64,000 nt of DNA, taken from positions 800,001 to 864,000 of the forward strand of contig CAWEYG010000002.1 in assembly GCA_963813155.1 (NCBI GenBank), in the 5' to 3' direction. The notes under the pieces are model-generated. The model was not told where the DNA came from, ran no database searches, and saw nothing but the letters and a program-made list of their open reading frames with translations. Positions 50,390 through 60,659 of the stretch are shown in pieces. This stretch comes from an uncultured Acidobacteriota bacterium (lineage in GTDB: Bacteria; Acidobacteriota; Thermoanaerobaculia; UBA5066; DATFVB01). The position numbers were made by a program, and so were the translations under genes. Numbering within the stretch: the stretch's first letter is position 1; every line of letters starts with the position of its first letter.

Positions 50390-52984
50390 TTGAGTCTTCC
50401 TTCCGGTACGCGCCTCGGCGCATACGAAATCGAGTCGCCTCTGGGCGGCGGGGGCATGGGAGAGGTATACCGGGCGAGGGACTCTCACCTCGGCCGCGAG
50501 GTCGCGATCAAGCTCCTTCCCGCGGAATTCTCGAAAGACCCCGCCCGGGTCGCCCGCTTCGAGCGCGAAGCGCGCCTGCTTGCGTCGATCAACCATCCGG
50601 CGATCGCCGCGATCTACGGCGCCGAACAATCGGGCGACATGCGCTATCTCGTTCTGGAGCTCGTCCCGGGTCAGACGCTCAAGGATCGGCTCGAACATCC
50701 CCTCGCTCCGAAAGAGGCGCTCAAGATCTGCCGCCAGATCGCCGAAGGGCTCGAGGCGGCGCACGAAAAAGGAATCGTCCACCGCGACCTGAAGCCCGCG
50801 AACGTCATGGTGACGCCGCAGGGAAAAGTAAAAGTCCTCGACCTCGGCCTCGCGAAAGCGATGGACTCGAGCTCGTCGCCGGCGGATCTCTCGCAGGCGG
50901 CGACGGCGGTCCTCGACGAGACGCTGCCCGGGGTGATTCTCGGAACGATCGGCTACATGAGCCCCGAGCAGGCGCGCGGCAAGCCGATCGACAAGCGAAC
51001 CGACATCTGGGCGTTCGGGTGCATCCTGTTCGAGTGCCTCGCCGGCCGCCGCGCGTTCTCGGGCGGGAACGTCTCCGACGTCATCGCTTCCATTCTGCGC
51101 TCGGAGCCGACGTGGCCCGATCTGCCGGCGGATACTCCGCCCGACGTTCGCGAGCTCCTCCGGCGGTGCCTCGAGAAAGACCCGAACCAGCGGCTGCGCG
51201 ACATCGGCGACGCCCGAATCGCGATCGAAAACAATCTCGCCTCTTCGGCCGGCGTCACGCGCCTGTGGAGCGCCCCGGCGCCGAAGCGGGTCGGAGCGCG
51301 CCGCGGGCTCGCGATCGCGGCGGGCGCCGCGGCGCTGGCGGCCGCCGGGTGGTGGATCGCGTTGAAGACCCTCCCCTCGAGCGGATTGAGGAGAACGAGA
51401 ACGCTCGCGGTGCTTCCCTTCAAGGATTTGAGCGGCATGCCTGGCGGGCAGCTTCTCGGGGACGGGCTCGCGGAAACGGTCAGCGTGCGCCTCGCGAAGC
51501 TGCCGGGAGTCCAGGTCGTCGAGCCCGCAGCGGCCGTGTCCGCCTTCGACCAGGATGCCGATCCGTACCGCGTCGCGGCCCGCCTCGGCGCGAAACTGTT
51601 TCTCCGCGGTTCGGTCCAGCGCAACGGCGACCGCGTGCGCATCACGTATTCGCTCTGGAACACCGATCACGTGCAAATCTCCGGCGACACGCTCGACGGC
51701 AGCGATTCCGACCTCTTCGCCATCCAGGACCGGCTGGCCGATCGCATCGGCGAGTCGCTCAACCTCCCGCGCACCCCGAATTCGGAGGAGCCTTCGGCCG
51801 GCCTCGAAACTGCCAGCGCGCAGGGCCGGTACCTGCAGGCGATCGGATGGCTGCAGCGTTACGACAAGCCGGCATCGGTCGACGCCTCGGTCGGGCTGCT
51901 CGAAGCCCTCGCGAAGGAAAATCCGCAGTCGGCGCTCGTTCACGCCGCGCTCGGGAAGGCCTACCTCCGGAAATACCAGCAAACCCGCGAGACAAAGTGG
52001 GTGGAAAGCGCGGAGAAGGCCTGCCGCGCCGCGGCGTCCCTTGCGCCGAACCTTCCGGACGTGCACGTGACGCTCGGCGCAGTGCAGCTCGCGACAGGGC
52101 GCGCCGACGACGCGGCGCGGGAATTCCGGGCCGCTCTCGCGCTGCAGCCGAACTCGTCCGAAGCGACGCGGGGCCTCGCCCAGGCCGACGAGGCCCTGGG
52201 CCGCCTCGGGGATGCGGAGAAGGAATACCGGCGGGCGATCGAGCTCGAGCCTCTCTCCTGGGAAGGCTACAACCGGCTCGGCGTCTTCGATTTCAACCAC
52301 GGCCGGTATGCCGACGCCGCCGGGATGTTCCGGCGGGTCACCGAGATCACTCCCGACAATGTGCGCGGCTTTTACAGCCTCGGCGCCGTCTACCACGAGA
52401 TGGGCGACCTCGCCCGGGCCGAAACGGCCTACAAGAAGTCGATCGCGTTGAAGCCCAACAGCGCCGCCCTCTCGAACCTCGGCACTCTGTACTACGACCG
52501 CGCGCAGTACCGCGAGTCCGCCGACACGTTCGAGAAAGCCGTCGCGCTGGCGCCGTCGGACTCGGTCCTCTGGACGAACCTGGGCGACGCGTACCGCTGG
52601 GCCCCCGGACTACGCGCGCGCGCCGGGGCCGCCTACCGGAAGGCGATCGACCTCGCGCGGGCCGAGCTGGCGATCAATCCGAAGGACGCGGCCGCCTGCG
52701 TGACGCTCGCGCTCGGTTTCGCAAAGACGGGAAACGCCGCCGAAGCGAAGACGCAGATCGAGCGGGCGCTCGCAATCGACCCGCGCGACGTCAACACGTT
52801 CTACGAGGCGGCGATCGTCGCGAGCGCGGGGGGCGACTCCGCCGCCGCGATCGACTGGATCCGCCGCGCCGCGGAGGCCGGCTACAGCCGCGACCGGATC
52901 GGGCGCGAGCCGGAGTTCGCCGGCCTGAGAAACCATCCGGATTTCCAAAGGGCCCTCGCGGCAAAATCGCCGCCGGCCCGTTGA
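50390..52984 (+). CDS. Hanks-type Ser/Thr kinase with TM helix, TolB-N-like domain and TPRs
   Basis: LGGGGMGEVY, VAIK, HRDLKPAN, DLGLAK, YMSPEQ; TM LAIAAGAAALAAAGWWIAL; LAVLPF; many TPRs. Confidence 0.95.
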   Translation: MSLPSGTRLGAYEIESPLGGGGMGEVYRARDSHLGREVAIKLLPAEFSKDPARVARFEREARLLASINHPAIAAIYGAEQSGDMRYLVLELVPGQTLKDRLEHPLAPKEALKICRQIAEGLEAAHEKGIVHRDLKPANVMVTPQGKVKVLDLGLAKAMDSSSSPADLSQAATAVLDETLPGVILGTIGYMSPEQARGKPIDKRTDIWAFGCILFECLAGRRAFSGGNVSDVIASILRSEPTWPDLPADTPPDVRELLRRCLEKDPNQRLRDIGDARIAIENNLASSAGVTRLWSAPAPKRVGARRGLAIAAGAAALAAAGWWIALKTLPSSGLRRTRTLAVLPFKDLSGMPGGQLLGDGLAETVSVRLAKLPGVQVVEPAAAVSAFDQDADPYRVAARLGAKLFLRGSVQRNGDRVRITYSLWNTDHVQISGDTLDGSDSDLFAIQDRLADRIGESLNLPRTPNSEEPSAGLETASAQGRYLQAIGWLQRYDKPASVDASVGLLEALAKENPQSALVHAALGKAYLRKYQQTRETKWVESAEKACRAAASLAPNLPDVHVTLGAVQLATGRADDAAREFRAALALQPNSSEATRGLAQADEALGRLGDAEKEYRRAIELEPLSWEGYNRLGVFDFNHGRYADAAGMFRRVTEITPDNVRGFYSLGAVYHEMGDLARAETAYKKSIALKPNSAALSNLGTLYYDRAQYRESADTFEKAVALAPSDSVLWTNLGDAYRWAPGLRARAGAAYRKAIDLARAELAINPKDAAACVTLALGFAKTGNAAEAKTQIERALAIDPRDVNTFYEAAIVASAGGDSAAAIDWIRRAAEAGYSRDRIGREPEFAGLRNHPDFQRALAAKSPPAR

Positions 52985-53001
52985 CGAAAGAGAGGCTCTC
53001 G

Positions 53002-53421
53002 ATGAAGGACTTCAAATCCCCGTTCCTCCTCGGCGGTTCCCTCCTGCTGGCGGGCGTCCTCTGGACCGCCGGGTGCTGCAGCCCGGCCAGGTCCGCATCC
53101 GCGCCGTCGGTCCTTCGATCCAACGAAGTGGCGATCAGCGTGCACGTGTTCGACGAGGAAAATCCCCAGGTCGTCGTCGTGCCGGACGACGCTTACCTCG
53201 AGGTCGGCAAGCAGGTCCCGCACTGGCTGCCGACGGAGGGCATGGTCACGAAGATCGAGTTCGGCGCCGACGGCAATCCGTTCGGAGAGGATGTGCCTTG
53301 CGCGTCCGGCCATTGCAAGGCGAAGGGCCCCGCGCGCAAGACGGGAACGTTCAAGTATTCGGTCACCGTCCACTACCGCGGAAAGGACTACCGGATCGAT
53401 CCCCGTCTCATCGTGGGCTGA
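53002..53421 (+). CDS. Small putative lipoprotein ending KYSVTV...IDPRLIVG
   Basis: AGAGG RBS; hydrophobic signal ending TAGCC; 139 aa, beta-rich; not called separately in the ORF track (tail of 50176..53421). Confidence 0.8.
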   Translation: MKDFKSPFLLGGSLLLAGVLWTAGCCSPARSASAPSVLRSNEVAISVHVFDEENPQVVVVPDDAYLEVGKQVPHWLPTEGMVTKIEFGADGNPFGEDVPCASGHCKAKGPARKTGTFKYSVTVHYRGKDYRIDPRLIVG

Positions 53422-53472
53422 AGTCCCGGATGCGGGGGCGGCGCGAGGCCGCCTCTGCGGTAGACTCGATTC

Positions 53473-55416
53473 GTGCCGATCGGATCGCGACCGAAGCGAA
53501 AAATCGGGCTCGTCTTCGCGCTGCTCGCGCTGCTCGCGCTGCCCGCCGCGGGGCTGACCGCGACGGCGCCCCCGGGCTCCGACTTTCTGCACTGGCCGGA
53601 CGCGGCCGTCCGGCCTCCGGCTTCCCGCGTCGAGGGACGCCGCGTGATCGTGATCGGATGGGACGGCGCGGATTGGGATCTCCTCGACTCCCTGGCGCGC
53701 GACGGCTCGATGCCGAATTTGAAAAGGTTCGTCTCGGAGGGGCGAACCGCCGATCTCGTGAGCTACCCTCCGACGGTCTCGCCGATGGTGTGGACGACGA
53801 TCGCGACGGGCGCCGATCCCCGCGATCACCAGGTGCTGTCGTTCTTCGAGATCGATCCCCCGACCGGAAAGCCCGTTCCCATTTCGGCCGAATCGCGCCG
53901 CGTGCCGGCCTACTGGGAGACGGCTTCGGCCCGCGGCAAGACCGTCGGCGTCGTGAACTACTGGGCAACGTTTCCCGCGGAAGAAGTCAAAGGCTTCCAG
54001 GTCAGCGACCGCGCCTCTCCGCCCCTTGACGATCCCGATCCCCGCCAGTTCCCCTCGAGCGTGTTTCCGCCCGGCTATGCCGACGGTGTCCGATCGATTT
54101 GCAACGCGGCCTCCCCTCCCGACTCGGCGTTTGCCCGCTTCGGCGACTTCACCGGGCTTGCGCCCGACAAGCTCGACGCTTTCCGGCGGCTCCTTCGCAA
54201 CACGCGGGCCGCGGAGGAGACCGCCGAACGGCTCTACGACCGCGACCGGCCCCAATCGATGACGCTCTACTTCCTCGGGACCGACGAGGTGGACCACCTG
54301 TTCGGGCGCGACGTCGCGCCGAAGCTGCCCTGCGCGCCACAAGCGGAATTCGCCCGGCTCTCCCACGTCGTCCCGCGCTACTACGCCTGGGTCGACGAGT
54401 TCCTCGGCCGCTGGATGCGGCGGGCGCGCGAGGACGGCGCGACGATTCTTCTCGTGTCCGATCACGGCTTCAAGTGGGGATCCCGCCGAATCTGCGGCGG
54501 CAACCCTCTCGAGCGGCAGAGCGCGACCTTCGATCACCGCCCCACCGGCATCGCCGCGGCCTGGGGCAAGGGCGTCCGCGCGTCGGCGACCCGGGGAACC
54601 GCGACCGTGTTCGACGTGGAGCCGACGATCGCGGCGCTGCTCGACCTCCCCGTCGACCGAAAGGAGCCGGGAAAGGCGCGCGTCGAGTGGTTCGACGCCG
54701 TTGCGGCTCCCCGAAAGGCCGATCTCTGGGCCCATGCGGCGCCGCCGAAATTTCTGCCCCGGGTCCTTCCCGCCGCGACAAGCGAATACACGAAGCAACT
54801 GAAGACGCTGGGTTACCTGTCGGGCGATTCCAGCCGGCGAGCGGCATCCGCGCGGGGGCCGCGGCCCACCCCCGACGAGGAAGGCTGGCTCAACCTCGGC
54901 GTCTACCAGAATTCGATCCAGCAGCCGGAGGCGGCGATCGGGAGCTTTCGCAAGGCGCTCGACGTGTTTCCGGCCTATCCGCCCGCGCTCGTCAACCTGG
55001 TCGCGGCCGAGATCCGGCGCGGAAAGACCTCCGAGGCCGTTCGCTGGGCGAAGGAGTCCCTTCGCCTGTCCGGGCCGGGGGCCGGATGGGCGATCTACGA
55101 GATCGCCGACCGGCTGGACCGCGGCGGCCTGCTCTCCGAAGAAGAAAATCTCCTCGTCGAGGCGCGCCGCAAGAATCCGGAATCCGAGCCCATCGTGGTC
55201 TCGCTCGCGGGCCTCCGGCTGGGTCAGAAGAGGTGCCAGGAATCGTACGAGGCGGTCAGCCCGTTTCTCTCCCGGAGCGAAAACGCCGAAACCTACAACG
55301 TCGCGGGGCTCGCATCGCTTTGCATCGGAAAAAAAGACGAAGCCCGGCGCCTTCTCTCGCGCTCGCTCGAGCTCAAACCCGACCAGCCGCAGATTCGAAA
55401 GATGCTGGGGCCGTGA
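53473..55416 (+). CDS. Alkaline phosphatase-superfamily (NPP-like) protein with C-terminal TPRs
   Basis: IGWDGADW, SPMVWTTIATG, TDEVDH, VSDHGF, LKTLGYL, TPRs. Confidence 0.85.
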   Translation: MPIGSRPKRKIGLVFALLALLALPAAGLTATAPPGSDFLHWPDAAVRPPASRVEGRRVIVIGWDGADWDLLDSLARDGSMPNLKRFVSEGRTADLVSYPPTVSPMVWTTIATGADPRDHQVLSFFEIDPPTGKPVPISAESRRVPAYWETASARGKTVGVVNYWATFPAEEVKGFQVSDRASPPLDDPDPRQFPSSVFPPGYADGVRSICNAASPPDSAFARFGDFTGLAPDKLDAFRRLLRNTRAAEETAERLYDRDRPQSMTLYFLGTDEVDHLFGRDVAPKLPCAPQAEFARLSHVVPRYYAWVDEFLGRWMRRAREDGATILLVSDHGFKWGSRRICGGNPLERQSATFDHRPTGIAAAWGKGVRASATRGTATVFDVEPTIAALLDLPVDRKEPGKARVEWFDAVAAPRKADLWAHAAPPKFLPRVLPAATSEYTKQLKTLGYLSGDSSRRAASARGPRPTPDEEGWLNLGVYQNSIQQPEAAIGSFRKALDVFPAYPPALVNLVAAEIRRGKTSEAVRWAKESLRLSGPGAGWAIYEIADRLDRGGLLSEEENLLVEARRKNPESEPIVVSLAGLRLGQKRCQESYEAVSPFLSRSENAETYNVAGLASLCIGKKDEARRLLSRSLELKPDQPQIRKMLGP

Positions 55417-55426
55417 GCGGAGCCGC

Positions 55427-56443
55427 GTGAACTACCAGCTCCTCGGCAGGAGCGGCCTGCGGGTCTCGGAAATCTGCCTCGGGACGATGACGTTCGGCGA
55501 AGAGTGGGGCTGGGGAGCTCCTCCCGAAGAGGCGCGGCGCCTCTTCGACCTCTTCGCGGCGCGCGGCGGCACCTTCATCGACACCGCGAACCGCTACACC
55601 GACGGAACGAGCGAGTCGCTCGTCGGGGAATTCGTCGCGTCCGACCGCAGTCTCTTCGTGGTCGGCAGCAAGTACACGCTTTCGACGAGGGCCGACGACC
55701 CGAACGCCTCGGGCAATCAACGGAAGAACATCGTTCAGGCGCTCGAGGCCTCCCTCCGGCGCATGAAGCTCGATTACCTCGACCTCTATTGGGTCCACGC
55801 ATGGGACGGCGTCACTCCCCTCGAAGAAGTGCTCCGCGCTTTCGACGATCTCGTGCGGGCGGGAAAGATTCTCTACGCCGGGATCTCCGACGCTCCCGCC
55901 TGGGTCGTCGCGCGCGCGAACACGATCGCGGATCTCCGTGGCTGGACGCCTTTCGCGGGCTTGCAAGTCGAATACAGCCTCATCCAGCGCTCGGCGGAGC
56001 GCGAGCTGCTTCCGATGGCGACCGCGCTCGGGATCGGCGTGACTCCGTGGGCGCCGCTCGGCGGGGGCCTCCTCTCGGGCAAATACAGCTCCGGCCGCCT
56101 GCCCGCCGATTCCAAGCGCCGGACGGTGATGGACAAGCGGCTGAGCGACCGCAATCTCGCGATCGCGACGGCCGTTCTGAAAATCGCGGGCGAGCTGCGG
56201 CGGCCGGCTTCACAGGTCGCACTCAACTGGGTGCGGCAGAAGTTTCCCGGAGCGGTGCCGATCGTCGGCGCGCGGACCGTCGCTCAAATGGAGGAAAACC
56301 TCGGCTGCCTGGAGTTCGAGCTGCCGCCCGAGGAGATGCGGCGCCTCGACGAGGCGAGCGCGATCGACCTCGGATTCCCGCACGACTTCCTCCGGAGCGA
56401 ATCGATGAAAAAGCTCGTTTTCGGCAACACCCGGCTCGAGTAG
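55427..56443 (+). CDS. Aldo/keto reductase
   Basis: LGRSGLRVSEICLGTMTFG, DTANRY, YLDLYWVH, PIVGART. Confidence 0.95.
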   Translation: MNYQLLGRSGLRVSEICLGTMTFGEEWGWGAPPEEARRLFDLFAARGGTFIDTANRYTDGTSESLVGEFVASDRSLFVVGSKYTLSTRADDPNASGNQRKNIVQALEASLRRMKLDYLDLYWVHAWDGVTPLEEVLRAFDDLVRAGKILYAGISDAPAWVVARANTIADLRGWTPFAGLQVEYSLIQRSAERELLPMATALGIGVTPWAPLGGGLLSGKYSSGRLPADSKRRTVMDKRLSDRNLAIATAVLKIAGELRRPASQVALNWVRQKFPGAVPIVGARTVAQMEENLGCLEFELPPEEMRRLDEASAIDLGFPHDFLRSESMKKLVFGNTRLE

Positions 56444-56450
56444 CCGCCGG

Positions 56451-56969
56451 TCACGCCTCCCGGTAGCGGCTCGTGAGAATCGCGGCGTGGTGCCGGAAGT
56501 GACCCGCCATCATGAACGCGAGGGCCCGCACCGTGACGTTTGACCCGTTCGCAACGCCGGCGCGCCGCCAGTCCGCGGGGGCGAGCCTCTCGAAGAACAA
56601 CAGGTGGCCGCGCCGAACGTGCCCGAACTCGCGGGCCAGCGCCCGGAGGGAGATTCCGGTTACCCGCGCGGCCCTCGCGTAGTCGTCCTGCTCGAAGCCC
56701 GGCAGCGGCGAGCGGTCGCCCCGGGCGAACGCGAGCGCGCGATAGCCGTACACGCGCTCCGAATCAATGACGTGGCCGACGACCTCCGCCACGCTCCATT
56801 TTCCGGGCGCGTAGCGAAAATCCGAGCGGCCCTCCGGAATGTCCTGAAAGAACGCGACCCCGTCGCGAAGCTGGTCGGTCAGGACTTCCAGGATTTCTTC
56901 CTCGGGAACGAGCGCGACGTCGTCCGAGTTCGAAGCGGCGTATTCGGAGGCTTCGGGCCGGCCGATCAA
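56451..56969 (-). CDS. DinB family protein
   Basis: RPEASEY, YAPGKWS..VVGHVIDSER, LPGFEQD, GHFRHH; TTG start overlaps upstream stop. Confidence 0.85.
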   Translation of the reverse strand: MIGRPEASEYAASNSDDVALVPEEEILEVLTDQLRDGVAFFQDIPEGRSDFRYAPGKWSVAEVVGHVIDSERVYGYRALAFARGDRSPLPGFEQDDYARAARVTGISLRALAREFGHVRRGHLLFFERLAPADWRRAGVANGSNVTVRALAFMMAGHFRHHAAILTSRYREA

Positions 56970-57352
56970 TGCGACAGTCTCAGCGTCGTCGAAGTCCAGT
57001 AGTGGGGGCGAGGCGGCCGCGGGAACGCGTGCCTCCGGATCGAATCGCGCAGGCAGACGGCGACGTTGCTCTCGGGCCGCACGAGGACCGCCTCGACGGA
57101 CCCGTTCGCCGCAATTTCCGCGAGCGCCTCGAAGGGAGAGAGGTCCGGCGCGGCCTGGTGCTCCACGCACCGCCCGAGCTCGCCCGCCTGCGATTCCGAG
57201 AACGCCTTCGCGAAGACCGGTTGGTATTTCCTGCCCGGAGCCGTCTTCGCGTTCGCGACGGCGATCTTTCGGGCCGCTTCGAAAGCGCTCGCTCCGGTCG
57301 CCGGCGCGGGGGCTGCGGCCGCGAAGAAGACGAGAGCTGCGATCGGGAGCAT
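56966..57352 (-). CDS. Small secreted hypothetical protein (two Cys, TonB-C-like pattern)
   Basis: Signal peptide; C..., GSVEAV, C...FPRPP. Confidence 0.65.
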   Translation of the reverse strand: MLPIAALVFFAAAAPAPATGASAFEAARKIAVANAKTAPGRKYQPVFAKAFSESQAGELGRCVEHQAAPDLSPFEALAEIAANGSVEAVLVRPESNVAVCLRDSIRRHAFPRPPRPHYWTSTTLRLSH

Positions 57353-57394
57353 GACCGGTTCAGTATACTCACCCATGCCCTCGGAAGACCTCCG

Positions 57395-58351
57395 ATGACC
57401 CGCGAGAGCTGGGTCGGCGTCGACCTCGGCGGAACGAAAATCCTCGCCGGGGTCGTCTCGCAGCGCGGAAAGATCCTCGCCCGCGCGAAAACGAAAACCC
57501 CTTTCGCCGCGGGAAACGCCGCCCTCGGAGAAGCGATCGTCGCGACCGTCGCGGAGGCGATCGCCGGCGCCGGCGGCCGCCCGCCCCTCGCGATCGGAAT
57601 CGGCTCGCCCGGCCCGATCGACCCGGACCGCGGCGTTGTGCTCCGCACGCCGAACATCGCGGTGAAGAATCTCAGGATCCGCGAATTGCTCTCCCGCCGC
57701 TTCGGAGTCCCGGCCGTGCTCGACAACGACGTCCACATGGCGCTCTGGGGAGAATTCCTCTGCGGCGCGGGCCGCGGGCATCGGGACCTCGTCGGCATCT
57801 GGGTCGGAACGGGAGTCGGAGGCGGCGTCATCGTGGACGGCCGGCTCGTGCGCGGGATCAACAAGAACGCGGGCGAAATCGGGCACATGGTCCTCGACGC
57901 TCGCCGGGCCGGTTCCGGCTCCAAGGGAACCCTCGAATGGGAAGCGTCGAAGAGCGGCATCGCGCGCCGGGTGCGCAAAGGGGTTCGAAAGGGCGAAAAG
58001 ACCGCGCTCCGCGCGCGGGTCCGCCGGGGCGAGCGGCTCGACAGCTCGGCTCTCGGAATCGCGTATCGGAAAGGAGACCGACTCGCCCGGCGGGCCGTCG
58101 AGCACTCGGCCCGATACGTCGGCATCGCGGTCGCCGATCTCTTCAACGTGCTCTCCCCCGAAATCTTCATCCTCGGGGGCGGCGTCGTCGAAGACCTGGG
58201 CCGGAGCTACGTTTCGGCGGTCCGGCGAACGGCGCGGGAATTCGCGTTCTCGACCGAGCTCGCGACCGTGCGAATCGAAGCCGCGAAACTGGGATCGGAT
58301 TCCGGCGTCATCGGCGCCGCTCTCGCCGCGCGCGAACGTTTCCCGGTTTGA
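57395..58351 (+). CDS. ROK family sugar kinase
   Basis: GVDLGGTK, LDNDV, GTGVGGG, GEIGHM, GTLE. Confidence 0.92.
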   Translation: MTRESWVGVDLGGTKILAGVVSQRGKILARAKTKTPFAAGNAALGEAIVATVAEAIAGAGGRPPLAIGIGSPGPIDPDRGVVLRTPNIAVKNLRIRELLSRRFGVPAVLDNDVHMALWGEFLCGAGRGHRDLVGIWVGTGVGGGVIVDGRLVRGINKNAGEIGHMVLDARRAGSGSKGTLEWEASKSGIARRVRKGVRKGEKTALRARVRRGERLDSSALGIAYRKGDRLARRAVEHSARYVGIAVADLFNVLSPEIFILGGGVVEDLGRSYVSAVRRTAREFAFSTELATVRIEAAKLGSDSGVIGAALAARERFPV

Positions 58352-58371
58352 ACGTTTGGCGGAATCGCGCC

Positions 58372-58400
58372 TTGACACAACCGCGTCAGCGCATTAGCCT
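58372..58400 (+). promoter_or_regulatory. Sigma70 promoter
   Basis: TTGACA-17 nt-TAGCCT upstream of the sulfatase-like and TonB receptor genes. Confidence 0.65.
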
Positions 58401-58439
58401 TCGCACCAACTTAACAAGAGGGCTCAACGACGCAACGCC

Positions 58440-60595
58440 TTGGATTTACAACACGGATTTCGGGGCGCCGGGCGTCCGCGCTGCCGGTCTTCGCACTCGC
58501 TTGTCTCGCCTTTGCCTGCGCGAAGAGCGACCGAAAGGCCCCTCCCCGAAACAACCTGCTTCTCGTGACGATCGACACCGTCCGCGCCGACCACCTCGGC
58601 GCGTACGGCGACGCCCGGGCCGAAACGCCGAACCTCGACCGTCTCGCCCGCGAGGGAGTGAGGTTCGACCAGGCGAGCTCCGCCGTGCCGCTCACTCTTC
58701 CCTCGCACGCGACGATTCTTTCCGGGCTCCTTCCGCCGCACCATGGCCTGCGCAGCAACGGATCGGGAAGGTTTCCCGAGGGCGACGCGACGCTGGCCAC
58801 GGGGCTCCAGGCAGCGGGCTTTCGAACCGGAGCTTTCGTCGGATCGTACGTCCTGGATCACCGGTTCGGTCTCGATCGGGGTTTCGATCTCTATGACGAC
58901 GAGATCCCCCGCAATCCCGACGCGGCCGCCGCGCTGGAGGCCGAGAGGGCGGGCTCGATCGTCGTCGACCGGGCGCTCGGGTGGCTCGAGAAGAGCGACG
59001 GACGCCCGTTCTTCGCGTGGGTCCATCTCTACGACGCGCACGCGCCCTATGTCCCGCCGGAACCGTTCCGCTCCCGGCACGCCGACTCGCCGTACGACGG
59101 AGAGATCGCCTCCGTCGACTTTCAGGTGGGCCGCCTCCTCGCGTGGCTCGATCGCAAGGCTCTCGCCGCGAACACCGTCGTCGCCGTGGCGGCCGATCAC
59201 GGCGAAGCTCTCGGCGAGCACGGCGAGCTGACCCACGGGTTCTTTCTCTACGAACCCACGCTCCACGTCCCGCTTCTGATCCGCGCGCCCCGGCTGAGCC
59301 CGGGACGAGTCCTTCGCACGCCCGTGTCGTTGACCGATCTCGCGCCCACGCTCGCGGGGCTCCTTCGCTCTCCGCTCGCCGGGAAACTCGACGGGCGCGA
59401 TCTCTCCGCCGCCCTGGTTTCCGGCCTCGACCCTCCGCCCGCCGACCTCTACGCGGAGACGGAATACCCGAGGGTCTTCGGGTGGAGCGGTCTCTCGGCG
59501 CTGCGGCGAAAGAATCTGAAGTACGTGGAGGCTCCCCGTCCCGAGCTCTACGACCTCGCGCGCGACGGTAGGGAACAGACCAATCTGCTCGAGCCCGGTT
59601 CCCCGCGCGCCGACCTGAAAGCGCGCATCGCGGAGTTCCGCCGCGGCGAGCGGGCTCCCGACGCGACTCCCGGTTCGGGGCGTGCCGAAGAGGCCGCGAA
59701 GCTCGCGAGCCTCGGCTATATCGCCGGAGCTCCGGCGAAGGCGAAAGCCGGCGACCCGGCTCTCCGCGACCCGAAAGACATGGTCGCCACGTTTCGAAAC
59801 TTCGAAGAGGCGCACGGGGACCTCGTCGAGGGCCGGTTGAAGCTGGCGAAAGAAAAGCTCACCTCGGCCGTGCGAGAGGATCCCCGGAACGGAATCTTTC
59901 TCGACTCCCTCGCGCACGCCTACCGGCGCCTCGGAGATTTCAAGACGGCAATCGAGTACTACCGGAAGGCGGTCGCCGTCTCGCCGGGGGACGCGGACAC
60001 GCGGTACGACCTCGCGGTCACGCTGCAGGAAGCCGGCCGGATGGACGAAGCGGCGTCCATGATCCGGGAAGCCCTTCAAAACGACTCTTCCCGGCCCGAG
60101 TCGCTCGACGTGCTCGGGATTTCCTACCTCGCGCAAAAGCAGCCCGAAAAGGCGCTCGAACAGTTCGACCGCGCGGCGCAGATCGATCCGCGCTCGCCCC
60201 GGACGCACAACAATCGCGGAAACGTCCTGCGCGAGCTGAAACGGTTCGACGAATCGGAGGCCGCCTACCGAAAGGCGATCGAGCTCGCCCCCGCGTACGC
60301 CGACCCGTGGAACGGACTCGGCGCTCTCGAAGTCGAGCGGGGCCGCCCCCGCGAGGCCGTCGCCTGCTTCGAGCGTGCGATCGCCCTCTCTCCCGAAGAT
60401 CACGAGGCGCAGTTGAATCTCGGAATCGCGCTGGAGACGGCCGGAGACCCGGCTTCGGCGGCGTCCGCCTACCGCGACTTCCTGCAGGCGTCGAAGAACG
60501 ATCCCCGGTTTTCGCAACAACGCGCCGTGGCCGCGCAATTGATCGCCCGGCTCGCGCAGAAGGAATCGGAGAAATCGCAATCCGAAAGGAGGTGA
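58440..60595 (+). CDS. Sulfatase-like hydrolase with TPRs, probable lipoprotein (start uncertain)
   Basis: LLVTIDTVRADH, TLPSHATILSG, WVHLYDAH, ADHGE, LASLGY, TPRs; in-frame lipobox-like LAFAC lies upstream of GTG 58565 with no in-frame canonical start. Confidence 0.85.
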
Positions 60596-60659
60596 CCCTT
60601 CGTTTTCGGAACCTGAATCCAACAACGGGAAGAATCATTTTCAAAGAGGAGAATGGAGA

